The notes beneath the pieces are model-generated. The model was given only the letters and a program-made list of their open reading frames with translations, had not been told where the DNA came from and made no database searches. This document shows, in pieces, positions 10,415-20,272 of a stretch of 64,000 bases of DNA (the stretch's first letter is position 1; every line of letters starts with the position of its first letter). Location: contig CANQXY010000003.1 in the NCBI GenBank assembly GCA_947627935.1, positions 1,952-65,951 on the forward strand, given 5' to 3'. The position numbers and the translations under genes were made by a program. The stretch comes from an uncultured Clostridia bacterium (lineage in GTDB: Bacteria; Bacillota; Clostridia; TANB77; CAG-508).

Positions 10415-11062
10415 TTAGTCAGAAACAATCATCTTCATCGCACTATAGACATTATTTGCCCATGAGTCACTATGATACCCTAAATACACTGGACTAATAC
10501 TAGGAATTGTAGTTAATCCACAATCAATATAATTGTCTTTTAAGTTTTGAAAAGTATATTCAATTCCCTCTTCTTCACTATCAAAACTCTTATATTTTCC
10601 ATTAGCACCCATAGTTCCAGTATAGTTATTTTGATTAGCATCATGTTGTCCCCATCCAGATTCAATAGCTATAATACTACAAATAAATAATCCATTTATT
10701 TGGTATTCTTGTTCATATTCCCATATGAACTCTGCATTTCTTTCATACAAACCTTCATAATCATATTGAAGATTATCAAGAAGTTCTACAAAATCTTCTT
10801 TAGATAAACCACATGGCTTATTTATTTCCATATTGTAGTTCATCTGATTTCTTACTTCTTCTAAAGAAATATAGCTTTCTTCCTCTGACATGTACATTAG
10901 GCCAAAATCTTGTGGCCGTTGTGGCTCTACTACTATAGTAGAATCGTTTGCTTGTGTCTGACCTTGATAATTGTAATTATCTTTTGCAAAAGATTCATTT
11001 GTTGATTCTAATGCAATAGTTAATAATGTTCCTACAATTATCATTCGTTTAAATTTTAGCAT
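10415..11062 (-). CDS. secreted glucosaminidase-domain protein (putative peptidoglycan hydrolase)
   Basis: Signal-peptide-like N-terminus. The IIAIESGWGQH motif is typical of the mannosyl-glycoprotein endo-beta-N-acetylglucosaminidase domain. It contains an in-frame CGG-C codon at 10918-10916. Confidence 0.55.
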   Translation of the reverse strand: MLKFKRMIIVGTLLTIALESTNESFAKDNYNYQGQTQANDSTIVVEPQRPQDFGLMYMSEEESYISLEEVRNQMNYNMEINKPCGLSKEDFVELLDNLQYDYEGLYERNAEFIWEYEQEYQINGLFICSIIAIESGWGQHDANQNNYTGTMGANGKYKSFDSEEEGIEYTFQNLKDNYIDCGLTTIPSISPVYLGYHSDSWANNVYSAMKMIVSD

Positions 11063-11195
11063 AAAACCTCCTAAGCTATGTGCTTTGGTTAATAAGTTAC
11101 ATAAACTATTATATCACAATATCAGTTTCTATGCAAATTAAAAGCCAGATATCATTAAAAACAATATCTGACCTTTTTATATCTATAGTTTATAA

Positions 11196-11534
11196 CTAAT
11201 TTGAAGCCCATCTTAACATTTTTATTTTTTTATACTGATTTAGAACTTCTGAATATTTTTCATATTCTTCTTCCCATAATGCATTTGGAACTTTATCAAA
11301 AGCATCAAATATTTTTTCAGCTTCTGATAAATAAATAATTTGCTCTTGAACACTAAATTTTTCATATTTTTTTGAAAAGTCATATAATTTATCTAACATT
11401 TGGTTAGCCTCTATAAAACTCCAAAAGTCTTTTATATTAATTCCTAATATTTTCAATTGTAAAATTGCATATCCTATTAAAAATGTAGCTATAAATAATA
11501 AAATATATATTACATAAAATAACATTTTTAACAC
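11196..11534 (-). CDS. hypothetical membrane-anchored protein
   Basis: 112-aa ORF with one N-terminal TM helix. A terminator-like hairpin lies downstream at 11146-11170. No family recognised. Confidence 0.4.
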   Translation of the reverse strand: MLKMLFYVIYILLFIATFLIGYAILQLKILGINIKDFWSFIEANQMLDKLYDFSKKYEKFSVQEQIIYLSEAEKIFDAFDKVPNALWEEEYEKYSEVLNQYKKIKMLRWASN

Positions 11535-11709
11535 CTCTTTGTTTGGTTTAATTTATTATATATATTATTATATCACACTTTTAAAGTTTTTGCAACATTT
11601 CTGTAATGTTAACGTAATATTTCTGTAATATCTATGATTTTTTATAAAAAAAATTTTTTTTTAATATATTATATGTTATAATAATAAAATGAAATTAAGG
11701 AGATAAATT

Positions 11710-12573
11710 ATGGATAATATAAGATTTGAAAAAACTAAAAAAATTGGTATATATGGAATACTTGGAAATATCTTTTTACTTATAATAAAATCTATTATTG
11801 GTTTTACAAGTAAAAGCCAAGCAATGATTGCAGATAGTGTAAATAGTGCAGGTGATATATTTGCATCTTTAATGACTTTTATAGGTAATAAAATTGCTAG
11901 TGAACCTAATGATGAAAGTCACAATTTTGGACATGGAAAAGCAGAATATATTTTTTCAATGTTTATAAGTATTTCCATGATATTAGTTTCTATTAAACTA
12001 TTCTATGATTCTATTATAACATTAATATTTGGAAGTAATATGATTTTTTCATGGTTTTTAATTGCTACTTGTATTATTACTATATTAATTAAATTATCTT
12101 TATATGTTTATACAAAAGTTATTCTTAAACATTATAATAATATATTACTTGAAGCAAATATGAAAGATCATAGAAATGATTGTATTATAACTACTTTTAC
12201 ATTAATTTCAGCTTTACTTACTTTAAAACAAATTTACTATTTTGATAGTATTGTTGGAATTGGTATATCAATTTGGATATTTTATACTGGTATAACAATA
12301 TTTATAGAAAGTTTTAATATATTAATGGATGTTTCAGTTGATGAAAAAACTAAAAATATAATTTTAGACATATCTAAAAATTATGAAGATATAAAAAATG
12401 TAAATTCTATAACATCTTCACCTGTAGGTTATAAATATAACATATTTATAACAATATCTGTAGATGGCAATATGTCTACTTTTGATAGTCATACACTAGC
12501 TGATAATTTAGAAAATGATGTTAATAAATTAGATAATGTATATAAAACTATTGTACATGTTGAACCAATATAA
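11710..12573 (+). CDS. cation diffusion facilitator family transporter
   Basis: 287 aa with six TM segments. ADSVNSAGD and HNFGHGKAE motifs, plus a C-terminal cytoplasmic domain ending VHVEP. Confidence 0.8.
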   Translation: MDNIRFEKTKKIGIYGILGNIFLLIIKSIIGFTSKSQAMIADSVNSAGDIFASLMTFIGNKIASEPNDESHNFGHGKAEYIFSMFISISMILVSIKLFYDSIITLIFGSNMIFSWFLIATCIITILIKLSLYVYTKVILKHYNNILLEANMKDHRNDCIITTFTLISALLTLKQIYYFDSIVGIGISIWIFYTGITIFIESFNILMDVSVDEKTKNIILDISKNYEDIKNVNSITSSPVGYKYNIFITISVDGNMSTFDSHTLADNLENDVNKLDNVYKTIVHVEPI

Positions 12574-12580
12574 ATAAAAA

Positions 12581-12609
12581 AGAGATAATAATATAAATTT
12601 ATTATCTCT
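12581..12609. terminator. bidirectional terminator between the CDF gene and clpC
   Basis: Perfect 11-bp stem AGAGATAATAA/TTATTATCTCT, flanked by an A-run on one side and a T-rich tract on the other. Confidence 0.6.
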
Positions 12610-12642
12610 TTCTCATTTATAATATTTTATGTTTTGTTACAA

Positions 12643-15093
12643 CTATTTTTTTATAATAACTTTTTCACCTTCTACACCTATTTTTGTTAATTTGCCTTTT
12701 TGAAGCTTTCCATCAATTATTTGTTCTGCTAATTTATCTTCTAATAAATTTTGTATTGTTCTTCTAAGTGGTCTTGCACCAAAAGTTTTATCAACACCTT
12801 TATCTGCTATTAATTTTTTTACAGATTCATCTAATTCTACATCTATTTTTTGGTCTTTTAATCTCTTAACAACATCATTTAGCATAATATCAATTATTTT
12901 ACTAATTTCTTCATCATTTAACTTGTGGAATACAATAATTTCATCAATACGATTAATAAATTCTGGTCTTAATTCCTTTTTTAGAACATCCATTACTTCT
13001 TTTTTTGTCTCTTCATACTCTTTTTCTGAATCTTGACTATCATCACCATTTGTAAATCCTAACTTTTTCTTATCTGTTATTATTCTTGCACCTAAATTTG
13101 ATGTCATTATTATTACTGTATTTTTAAAATTAACTGTCCTTCCTGTTGAATCAGTTAATCTACCATCTTCTAGTATTTGAAGTAACATATTCATAACATC
13201 TGGGTGTGCTTTTTCTATTTCATCAAAAAGAATAACTGCATATGGTTTTCTTCTTATTTTTTCTGTTAATTGTCCTCCTTCATCAAATCCAACATATCCT
13301 GGAGGTGATCCAATTAATTTTGAAACAGAATGTGGTTCCATATATTCAGACATATCTATCCTTATCATAGAATTTTCATCTCCAAATAGTACTTCTGCTA
13401 ATGCTTTTGAAAGTTCTGTTTTTCCTACACCAGTAGGTCCTAAAAATAGAAATGATCCAATAGGACGTTTAGGATCTTTTAATCCTACTCTTCCTCTTCT
13501 TATAGCTTTTGCTACAGCCTCTACTGCTTCATTTTGTCCTATAACTCTTTCATGTAAATTTTTTTCTAGATTTTTTAATCTTTGATTTTCATCTTCTGTT
13601 AATTTCTTAGTTGGTATTCCAGTCCAACTTGATATTACTTCTGCAATATTTTCTTCTGTAATATTTGTTACAGATTTTGTGTTTTTATTTTTCCATTTCT
13701 TTTGTTCATCTTGAAATTTTTCTTTTAATTCTTTTTCTTTATCTCTTAAAGCTGCTGCTTTTTCAAATTTTTGATTTCGTACGGCTTCTTCTTTATCTTT
13801 AGTTATATTTTCAATTTCATCTTGCATCTTTTTTAAATCTTCTGGTTCTGTATAAGTTTTTAACCTCGCTCTAGATGCTGCTTCATCTATTAAATCTATA
13901 GCTTTATCTGGTAAAAATCTATCATTTATATATCTAACTGATAAAGCAACTGAAGCATTTATTGCTTCATCTGTAATTTTTACGTTATGATGTGCCTCAT
14001 ATTTATCTCTAATTCCTTTTATAATAGCAATTGTATCTTTTTCGCTTGGTTCTAAAACATTTACAGGACTAAATCTTCTTTCTAAAGCAGCATCTTTTTC
14101 AATATATTTTCTATATTCATTTAAGGTTGTTGCACCTATTAATTGAATTTCTCCTCTTGCAAGCATTGGTTTTAAAATATTTGCAGCATCAATTGCTCCT
14201 TCTGCAGCACCTGCACCTACAATAGTATGAATTTCATCTATGAATAAAATAATATCTCCTGCTTTTTTAATTTCATTTAAAGCCTTCTTTATTCTTTCTT
14301 CAAAATCTCCTCTATATTTAGCACCAGCTACCATACCAGAAATATCTAAATTTACTACTCTTTTATTTTTTAATATTTCTGGAACATCTCCAGATATAAT
14401 TTTTTGAGCTAATCCTTCAATAATTGCTGTTTTACCAACACCTGGCTCTCCAATTAAACAAGGATTATTCTTTGTTCTTCTTGATAAAATTTGTATTACT
14501 CTTTCTATTTCATCTGTTCTCCCTACAACAGGATCAAGTTTTCCTTCTTCTGCTTTTTTTGTTAAATCTTCACTAAATTGATTTAATGTTTGTGTAGAAT
14601 TATAGCTTCCATTTCTTTTTGAAGTATTTCCAGATGTATCATCATCTTCTCTTTTTGTTTCATCTTCATTTAGTACTTTAATTACTTCATTATATAACTT
14701 AGGAATATTTATATCTAAGTCTAATAAAATTCTTACTGCTACACTATCTCCTTCTTTTATTATTCCTATTAATAAATGTTCTGTTCCAATATAGTTATAT
14801 CCTAGTTTTTTTGCTTCAATAAACGAATTCTCAATTACTCTCTTAGTTCTAGGAGTAAATCCCATAGTTTCATCTAAATGGTCTTCTATTCCTATTAATT
14901 CTTCTATTTTTGATTTTACATCTTCTGGGCTTATTCCTTGATTTTCTAAAACTCTTGCAGCAACTCCTGCACCTTCTTTTATTAAACCATATAAAATATG
15001 TTCTGTTCCTATATAACTATGTCCCAAGTCTAATGCTATTTCATTTGCTATTTCAATGGCTTTTTGTGCTCTTGTTGTAAATTTGTATGTCAT
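12643..15093 (-). CDS. clpC: ATP-dependent Clp protease ATP-binding subunit ClpC
   Basis: Two Clp_N repeats and two AAA modules ([16 protein letters not shown]). Last gene of the ctsR operon. The start is probably the ATG at 15093, after GGAAGGTGA; the ORF track extends to 15102. Confidence 0.9.
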   Translation of the reverse strand: MTYKFTTRAQKAIEIANEIALDLGHSYIGTEHILYGLIKEGAGVAARVLENQGISPEDVKSKIEELIGIEDHLDETMGFTPRTKRVIENSFIEAKKLGYNYIGTEHLLIGIIKEGDSVAVRILLDLDINIPKLYNEVIKVLNEDETKREDDDTSGNTSKRNGSYNSTQTLNQFSEDLTKKAEEGKLDPVVGRTDEIERVIQILSRRTKNNPCLIGEPGVGKTAIIEGLAQKIISGDVPEILKNKRVVNLDISGMVAGAKYRGDFEERIKKALNEIKKAGDIILFIDEIHTIVGAGAAEGAIDAANILKPMLARGEIQLIGATTLNEYRKYIEKDAALERRFSPVNVLEPSEKDTIAIIKGIRDKYEAHHNVKITDEAINASVALSVRYINDRFLPDKAIDLIDEAASRARLKTYTEPEDLKKMQDEIENITKDKEEAVRNQKFEKAAALRDKEKELKEKFQDEQKKWKNKNTKSVTNITEENIAEVISSWTGIPTKKLTEDENQRLKNLEKNLHERVIGQNEAVEAVAKAIRRGRVGLKDPKRPIGSFLFLGPTGVGKTELSKALAEVLFGDENSMIRIDMSEYMEPHSVSKLIGSPPGYVGFDEGGQLTEKIRRKPYAVILFDEIEKAHPDVMNMLLQILEDGRLTDSTGRTVNFKNTVIIMTSNLGARIITDKKKLGFTNGDDSQDSEKEYEETKKEVMDVLKKELRPEFINRIDEIIVFHKLNDEEISKIIDIMLNDVVKRLKDQKIDVELDESVKKLIADKGVDKTFGARPLRRTIQNLLEDKLAEQIIDGKLQKGKLTKIGVEGEKVIIKK

Positions 15094-15112
15094 AATAATC
15101 ACCTTCCTTTAT

Positions 15113-16135
15113 TTACTTTTCATTTATTATTTGCTTTATAACTTCTGCTCTTTTTACATCTCTTTCAAGTTCTTCATACTGCTCACCTAGATATTTTTGT
15201 AAGTTTGCAGGTTTTGTATATAAATATAATTTTAATACTTTTAAATCTGTCATTTCATCTATAATTCCTAAATCTGTTCCAAGTTTTACTGTTGATAATA
15301 ATTCTCTTACTTCACTACTTGAAATCTTTCTACAATTTTTTAAAATACCAAAATTTCTATATACCTTATCTTCTAAATCTAAATTATCTTTAATTAAAAA
15401 TTTTCTAGCAGCTCTTTCCTGTTCTATAATCTTTTCTGTAATTATTTTTATATTTTTAGCAATATCTTCTTCAGAAATACCTAATGTTTTTTTATTAGAA
15501 ATCTGGAACATATCACTTGATGATTTACTATTTTCTCCATATATTCCTCTAATATTAACTCCAAAATTTGTTATAGCATCTAATACCTTTTCTATATTCT
15601 TTGTTTTTCTAAGAGCTGGTAGATGCAACATTACAGATACTCTTAAGCCTGTCCCTACATTTGTAGGACAACTTGTTAGATATCCATAATCATTACTCAT
15701 TGCATAATTTAAAAAGCTTTGTATCTTTGTGTCTAATTCTTTTGCTAAATTCAAAGTATTTTCTATATCAAAACCTGAACTAAATACTTGTATTCTTAAA
15801 TGATCTTCTTCATTTATCATAATACAAATATTTTCATCATCATTTATTAAAATTGAGCCGATTTCATTTCTATTTAAAGCAAATTCTGGACTTATCAAAT
15901 TTTTCTCTACTAAACTCATTTTAGTAATATCGTCCATATCTTTTAATTTAAAAAATTTAAGTCCATATCCTATGTTCCAACTAAGCTCTTTTATTTTTTC
16001 TTCTAATTTATTTACACTTTCTTTATCTTTTATATTAAACTTAAATTCAGATAAATTTCTTGCAAGTCTTATTCTTGTACTTATTGCAACATCTGAATCT
16101 TTACCACTTTGTAAATACCAATTCATTTTTTTCAC
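15113..16135 (-). CDS. mcsB: protein arginine kinase McsB
   Basis: Guanidino-kinase motif CPTNVGTGLRVSVMLHLP. Position between mcsA and clpC. Confidence 0.9.
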   Translation of the reverse strand: MKKMNWYLQSGKDSDVAISTRIRLARNLSEFKFNIKDKESVNKLEEKIKELSWNIGYGLKFFKLKDMDDITKMSLVEKNLISPEFALNRNEIGSILINDDENICIMINEEDHLRIQVFSSGFDIENTLNLAKELDTKIQSFLNYAMSNDYGYLTSCPTNVGTGLRVSVMLHLPALRKTKNIEKVLDAITNFGVNIRGIYGENSKSSSDMFQISNKKTLGISEEDIAKNIKIITEKIIEQERAARKFLIKDNLDLEDKVYRNFGILKNCRKISSSEVRELLSTVKLGTDLGIIDEMTDLKVLKLYLYTKPANLQKYLGEQYEELERDVKRAEVIKQIINEK

Positions 16136-16137
16136 CT

Positions 16138-16698
16138 CTATTTTTCTTGTTTTTTTATTTCATCTCTTAATTTAGCAGCATCTTCATATCTTTCTTCTTT
16201 AATTGCCATTTTAAGCTTTTCTTTTAGCATTTCTAATTTATCTTCTTTTGTTTGTATTTTATTTTCTTGATTATTTATTTTTTCTTCATTATTACTTTTA
16301 AATATCTTAGTATTTTCTTTTATATTTCCAATTCTTCCTACATGTCTATTACTTCCATGTATTTTCTTTAATATTGGATCTATTTTTACCTTAAATGCAT
16401 CATAACAATGATCACATCCAAATTTTCCTGTATTCATAAATTCTTCAAATGTCATATTACATTTATCACATTTTATATCTTTTTTGATGTCTAATGTTGG
16501 CATAAAATCTGAATTTTCAAAATCTTCTAAGAAATCTCCAAAAAAGCTTGAAAAATCTATTGGAAATTCAAATTTCATATTATCTATACCAAGTTTTTTG
16601 CTACACTCCTCACATAAAAATACTTGTTTTTTATTTCCATTTATAACTTCTGTATATTGTACATTTGCTTCATTTTTTCCACAATTTTCACACAACAT
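16138..16698 (-). CDS. mcsA: McsA (zinc-finger plus UVR-domain activator of McsB)
   Basis: Paired CxxC motifs (CENCGK...CEEC, CDKC...CDHC) and a C-terminal UVR-like YEDAAKLRDEIKK. Confidence 0.8.
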   Translation of the reverse strand: MLCENCGKNEANVQYTEVINGNKKQVFLCEECSKKLGIDNMKFEFPIDFSSFFGDFLEDFENSDFMPTLDIKKDIKCDKCNMTFEEFMNTGKFGCDHCYDAFKVKIDPILKKIHGSNRHVGRIGNIKENTKIFKSNNEEKINNQENKIQTKEDKLEMLKEKLKMAIKEERYEDAAKLRDEIKKQEK

Positions 16699-16716
16699 AT
16701 TAATAACCTCCTATAT

Positions 16717-17163
16717 TTAATATAAATTTAAAAGCATATTTTTAAAAATTCTTGCTCTTAAGTTATCTCTAATATCTTTTGATATGTTTAAAACATTATC
16801 ACTTGTTGCTACTTTTAAAAGTTTAGCCTCTTTTTCATCCACTATCTTGTATGATAAAAAATCACTTATATATATATTAGCTTCATGACTTGTTAAGCTA
16901 TCCCCTATATTTTGTATTATATGCATTAAATATTCAGATTTTGTTACATTAAGTTTTTTAATCTTAATGCTTCCTCCTCCACCTCTTTTACTTTCAACAT
17001 AATATCCTTGTGATGGTTTAAATCTTGTAGCAATTACATAATTTATTTGAGATGGTACACAATTAAAATATTCTGCTAAGTCATTTCTTTGTATTTCTAC
17101 ATAATCTTCTTCTTCATTAAACATATCTTTTATAAAACCTTCTATTATGTCTGATATATTCAT
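16717..17163 (-). CDS. ctsR: class III stress gene repressor CtsR
   Basis: 148 aa with MNISDIIEGFIKDM and ESKRGGGGSIKI motifs. First gene of the ctsR-mcsA-mcsB-clpC operon. Confidence 0.9.
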   Translation of the reverse strand: MNISDIIEGFIKDMFNEEEDYVEIQRNDLAEYFNCVPSQINYVIATRFKPSQGYYVESKRGGGGSIKIKKLNVTKSEYLMHIIQNIGDSLTSHEANIYISDFLSYKIVDEKEAKLLKVATSDNVLNISKDIRDNLRARIFKNMLLNLY

Positions 17164-17184
17164 ATATTTTCACCTCTTTTTTAC

Positions 17185-17201
17185 TTTGACTTTCTTTGAC
17201 C
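17185..17201 (-). promoter_or_regulatory. CtsR operator (direct heptad repeat)
   Basis: The minus strand reads GGTCAAAGAAAGTCAAA. This fits the consensus (A/G)GTCAAA-NAN-(A/G)GTCAAA exactly. It lies between the putative -10 element and the ctsR RBS. Confidence 0.8.
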
Positions 17202-17210
17202 TTTATATAA

Positions 17211-17238
17211 ATTATAAAATATTTTTATAAATTTTCAA
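17211..17238 (-). promoter_or_regulatory. putative sigma-A promoter of the ctsR operon
   Basis: On the minus strand: TTGAAA (17238-17233), 16-nt spacer, TATAAT (17216-17211). Confidence 0.5.
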
Positions 17239-17301
17239 TTCTAATTTTAGTTTATTTCTTGTAAATTTATTTCGTTTTTATGTGTTTTTCTCTTTTTTTC
17301 T

Positions 17302-17457
17302 TTATTTATCTCTATTTTTCTTTTTAGTTATATTTTCTAATTTATTTACTGTTTCTTTTTGTTTTGGTAATGATACCCATGCAAAATAAGATGATATAAA
17401 TTCTCCATATTTTGTAGTATCTTCTATATTTTCATGTATATTATCTTCATCTATCAT
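17302..17457 (-). CDS. hypothetical small protein (51 aa), not in the ORF track
   Basis: My own translation: MIDEDNIHENIEDTTKYGEFISSYFAWVSLPKQKETVNKLENITKKKNRDK. Preceded by an AAGAGGTG RBS with 6-nt spacing. Confidence 0.3.
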   Translation of the reverse strand: MIDEDNIHENIEDTTKYGEFISSYFAWVSLPKQKETVNKLENITKKKNRDK

Positions 17458-17527
17458 ATAAACACCTCTTTTATGGTATGTGCATTTTTTTCAATTTTAT
17501 TCAATATATTTTATTGAGGTGTATAAA

Positions 17528-18601
17528 TTGAAAGGTATTTCTATTTCAAAATTTAATTTTTATATTATTAAAATTAAAGAATATATAATTCCATTTATAT
17601 TTTTATTATTTACAATTTGCTTAATCTTATTTTCTAATAGTAATTTATCTGCTGCAAAATCAGGTTTATTGCTATGGGCTAATTCTGTTATTCCTTCCCT
17701 ATTTCCTTTTTTTGTTGCAACTGAATTATTGTCTCATACAAATATTGTAGATATATTAGGAAAATTATTGAATAAAGTAATGAAACCATTGTTTAATGTT
17801 AGAGGTGAAGGAAGCTTTGCTTTAATAATGGGAATTATAAGTGGATATCCTATTGGAGCAAAAATTGCAGCTCAATTTAGAGAAAATAATGTATGTACCA
17901 AAGAAGAATGTGAACGTCTTCTTAGCTTTACTAATAATTCTGGACCTTTATTTATAATTGGAACAGTTGGAATAAGTATGTTTGGAAATTCTGCTATTGG
18001 AATTCTTTTATTTATAACACACATTTTAGCATGTATTAGTGTTGGAATTTTATTTAGATTTTGGAAATATAACTCAAATTCATTAAAAAATAATGATTTA
18101 AATACTTATAAACGAAAGAAAAAAAATAATAATTTAAATTTTTCATCATTAGGAGAAATAATTGGTAATAGCATTACAAATTCAATTTCTACTATTATGA
18201 TGATTGGTGGATTTGTTGTTTTATTTTCAGTCATTATATCAATACTAAAGTCAAGTAAAATAATAGATGTATTATCAATTTTTTTATTACCTTTATTTAA
18301 TATACTCCATATCCCTACATCTTTTATTTCTCCACTTTTAACAGGAATCTTTGAAATAACTAATGGAATTAATGTAATTTCAAATATACCTATGAAAATG
18401 ATTTCAATAAATATTATATTTACATCATTTCTTCTAGGTTTTGGAGGAATTTCAATATTATTACAAGTATTTAGTGTAATTTCAAAAACAGATTTATCTA
18501 TAAAACCATATGTTATAGGAAAACTTTTACAAGGAATTTTTGCAGCAATTTATACTTATTTTTTTATTTATGCTTTTCCTATATTTAATTTTAATTTATA
18601 A
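17528..18601 (+). CDS. ylbJ: sporulation integral membrane protein YlbJ (nucleoside-recognition-domain family)
   Basis: Polytopic membrane ORF with GLLLWANSVIPSLFPFFV and GIISGYPIGAK motifs. The likely start is the TTG at 17528 after GAGGTG; the track ORF begins at 17480. Confidence 0.7.
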   Translation: MKGISISKFNFYIIKIKEYIIPFIFLLFTICLILFSNSNLSAAKSGLLLWANSVIPSLFPFFVATELLSHTNIVDILGKLLNKVMKPLFNVRGEGSFALIMGIISGYPIGAKIAAQFRENNVCTKEECERLLSFTNNSGPLFIIGTVGISMFGNSAIGILLFITHILACISVGILFRFWKYNSNSLKNNDLNTYKRKKKNNNLNFSSLGEIIGNSITNSISTIMMIGGFVVLFSVIISILKSSKIIDVLSIFLLPLFNILHIPTSFISPLLTGIFEITNGINVISNIPMKMISINIIFTSFLLGFGGISILLQVFSVISKTDLSIKPYVIGKLLQGIFAAIYTYFFIYAFPIFNFNL

Positions 18602-18603
18602 AC

Positions 18604-18794
18604 AAAAAAAATCCCCGCCTTAGCCGCAAGGTTTTGAATTTTTAAGGACCTGTCTGCAACAGGTGGGTGCCTACCTAAATACTCCTGGGCTTCTTACTAT
18701 AAAATGTAAGCTTGCACGCCATATTTGAGAGATCGGCCCCTCTTAATATTTGTTGGTTCTAAAAATTCTGTCTACACGCACTATGCAGGGTTTT
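18604..18794 (-). ncRNA. ssrS: structured ~190-nt RNA, most likely 6S RNA
   Basis: A GC-rich island in an AT-rich convergent intergenic gap. On the minus strand the 5' CCCUGC-A-UAGU pairs with the 3' GCUA-AG-GCGGGG, and GAAUUUUUAGAACC pairs with GGUCCUUAAAAAUUC. These enclose a large internal region with a GCUUAC/GUAAG apical hairpin and a CCUGU/ACAGG side hairpin. The RNA ends in U8. On the plus strand the terminal helix has a C:A mismatch instead of a G:U pair. The GCCGAU and GUGCAAGCU segments resemble 6S RNAs as I recall them. Confidence 0.55.
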
Positions 18795-19058
18795 TATTTA
18801 ATTATTATTATTGTACTTATATATTAACATATGAATATATAAATTACAATTATTCTTTTTTAAAAAATTAATTAATTTTTATTATCTTTTAATATTTTAT
18901 CTATTTATTTCATATATTATTCTCATTTTATCATATTTTTTTAGGATTTGATTTTTTATTTATTATATGTTAAAATAATAAATATTGTGCTAGTTTTCTA
19001 GCATTTTTTTATTATATTCTTTCTAAAATTGGTAATACTATTTTTAGGAGGTTTTAAT

Positions 19059-19493
19059 ATGGAAAATAATAATTTAAATGTACTTGATGAAGTAAATAAA
19101 GGTGCAACAATGGGAATGGACGCAATTAAATTTGTTCTAGACAAAGTAGAAGACTCAGAATTTAAAAAAACTTTAGATCTAGAATACAACAAATATAAAG
19201 ATATTTCTAGAAGAGTAAATGACTTATATTCTAATTATAGTGATAAAGAACCACATGAAACAAATACTATGAATAAAATGATGACATGGTATGGTGTAGA
19301 AATGAAAACAATGTCTGACAAAAGTAATTCCAACATATCTGAACTTTTAATGAATGGTACGAATATGGGAATAATAGAAGGTAGAAGATTACTTAATCAA
19401 AATAAAGACCTTGCTCCAGATGTAGAAAAAGTTTTAGATGATTTTGTATCAATGCAAGAAGATAGTGTTGAAAAACTAAAAACTTTTCTTTAA
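19059..19493 (+). CDS. hypothetical four-helix-bundle protein (DUF2383-like, family call tentative)
   Basis: 144-aa helical ORF. The ATG at 19059 is preceded by AGGAGG; the track ORF starts at 19029. Confidence 0.5.
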   Translation: MENNNLNVLDEVNKGATMGMDAIKFVLDKVEDSEFKKTLDLEYNKYKDISRRVNDLYSNYSDKEPHETNTMNKMMTWYGVEMKTMSDKSNSNISELLMNGTNMGIIEGRRLLNQNKDLAPDVEKVLDDFVSMQEDSVEKLKTFL

Positions 19494-19518
19494 TAATTTT
19501 AAAAGGATAGATTTTAAT

Positions 19519-20202
19519 CTATCCTTTTGCTGGCATATATGGTATTAATCTACCTGCGAAATCTTTAATATTTTGTGATTGTAAAATTACTTTTCCAGGT
19601 CCTACAAGTTTTGTTAAGAATAATCCTTCTCCACCTAAGAATATATTTCCTAGTCCTTTAACTCTTTCTATTTCATAAGATACTGTTGGTTCAAATGCAA
19701 CAACATTTCCTGTATCTACTTTTAATATTTCTCCTGGTTCTAGTACTTTTTCAATAGAATCACCATCTACTTCTAAAAATAATTTACCTTTTCCTTCTGC
19801 TTGCTGAAGAATAAATCCTTCTCCTCCAAATAATCCTGCACTAAATCTTTTAGTAAATTTTACTTTTATTTCTACTGAATCTTCTGCACATAAAAATGCA
19901 CCTTTTTGCATAATAAATCCACCTGGAACTTCAGATAAATCTACTGGTACAATATTTCCTGGTGCCGTAGATGCAAAAGCTACCATAGCTCCATCTTTTT
20001 TAGCAGTATAATTTGCCATAAATATTGATTCTCCTGCAAATGCTCTACCAATGCTTTTCATAACTCCGCCTCTTGCATTTGTATTCATTTCAATTCCATC
20101 AGTTTGATATGCCATACCTCCTGATTGTGTATACATTTTTTCTCCAGCGTTTAATTTTACTTCAATTACTGGTACTGTTTGACCTATAACTTTGTATTCC
20201 AT
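19519..20202 (-). CDS. TIGR00266 / AIM24-family protein
   Basis: 227 aa. MEYKVIGQTVPVIEVKLNAGEKMYTQSGGMAY and GGEGFILQQAEGKGKLFLEVDG are typical of this family. Confidence 0.7.
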   Translation of the reverse strand: MEYKVIGQTVPVIEVKLNAGEKMYTQSGGMAYQTDGIEMNTNARGGVMKSIGRAFAGESIFMANYTAKKDGAMVAFASTAPGNIVPVDLSEVPGGFIMQKGAFLCAEDSVEIKVKFTKRFSAGLFGGEGFILQQAEGKGKLFLEVDGDSIEKVLEPGEILKVDTGNVVAFEPTVSYEIERVKGLGNIFLGGEGLFLTKLVGPGKVILQSQNIKDFAGRLIPYMPAKG

Positions 20203-20272
20203 ATTTTTCTCCCCTTTATATATATATTATACATATACTATATAATTACAAAAAATGTTTGTCAATAAAATT

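Noticed and set aside
18604-18794. SRP RNA, tmRNA or RNase P RNA as the identity of the structured RNA
   Set aside because: - It lacks the SRP domain IV signature (a GGAA/GNRA-capped helix with the AGCA loop).
- It lacks a tRNA-like 3' end or CCA-proximal T-arm, so tmRNA is unlikely.
- It lacks the GAGGAAAGUCC-type P4 elements of RNase P.
- At ~190 nt it is too long for 4.5S RNA and too short for the large Firmicute SRP RNA.
- The end-to-end helix with a central bubble fits 6S RNA best.
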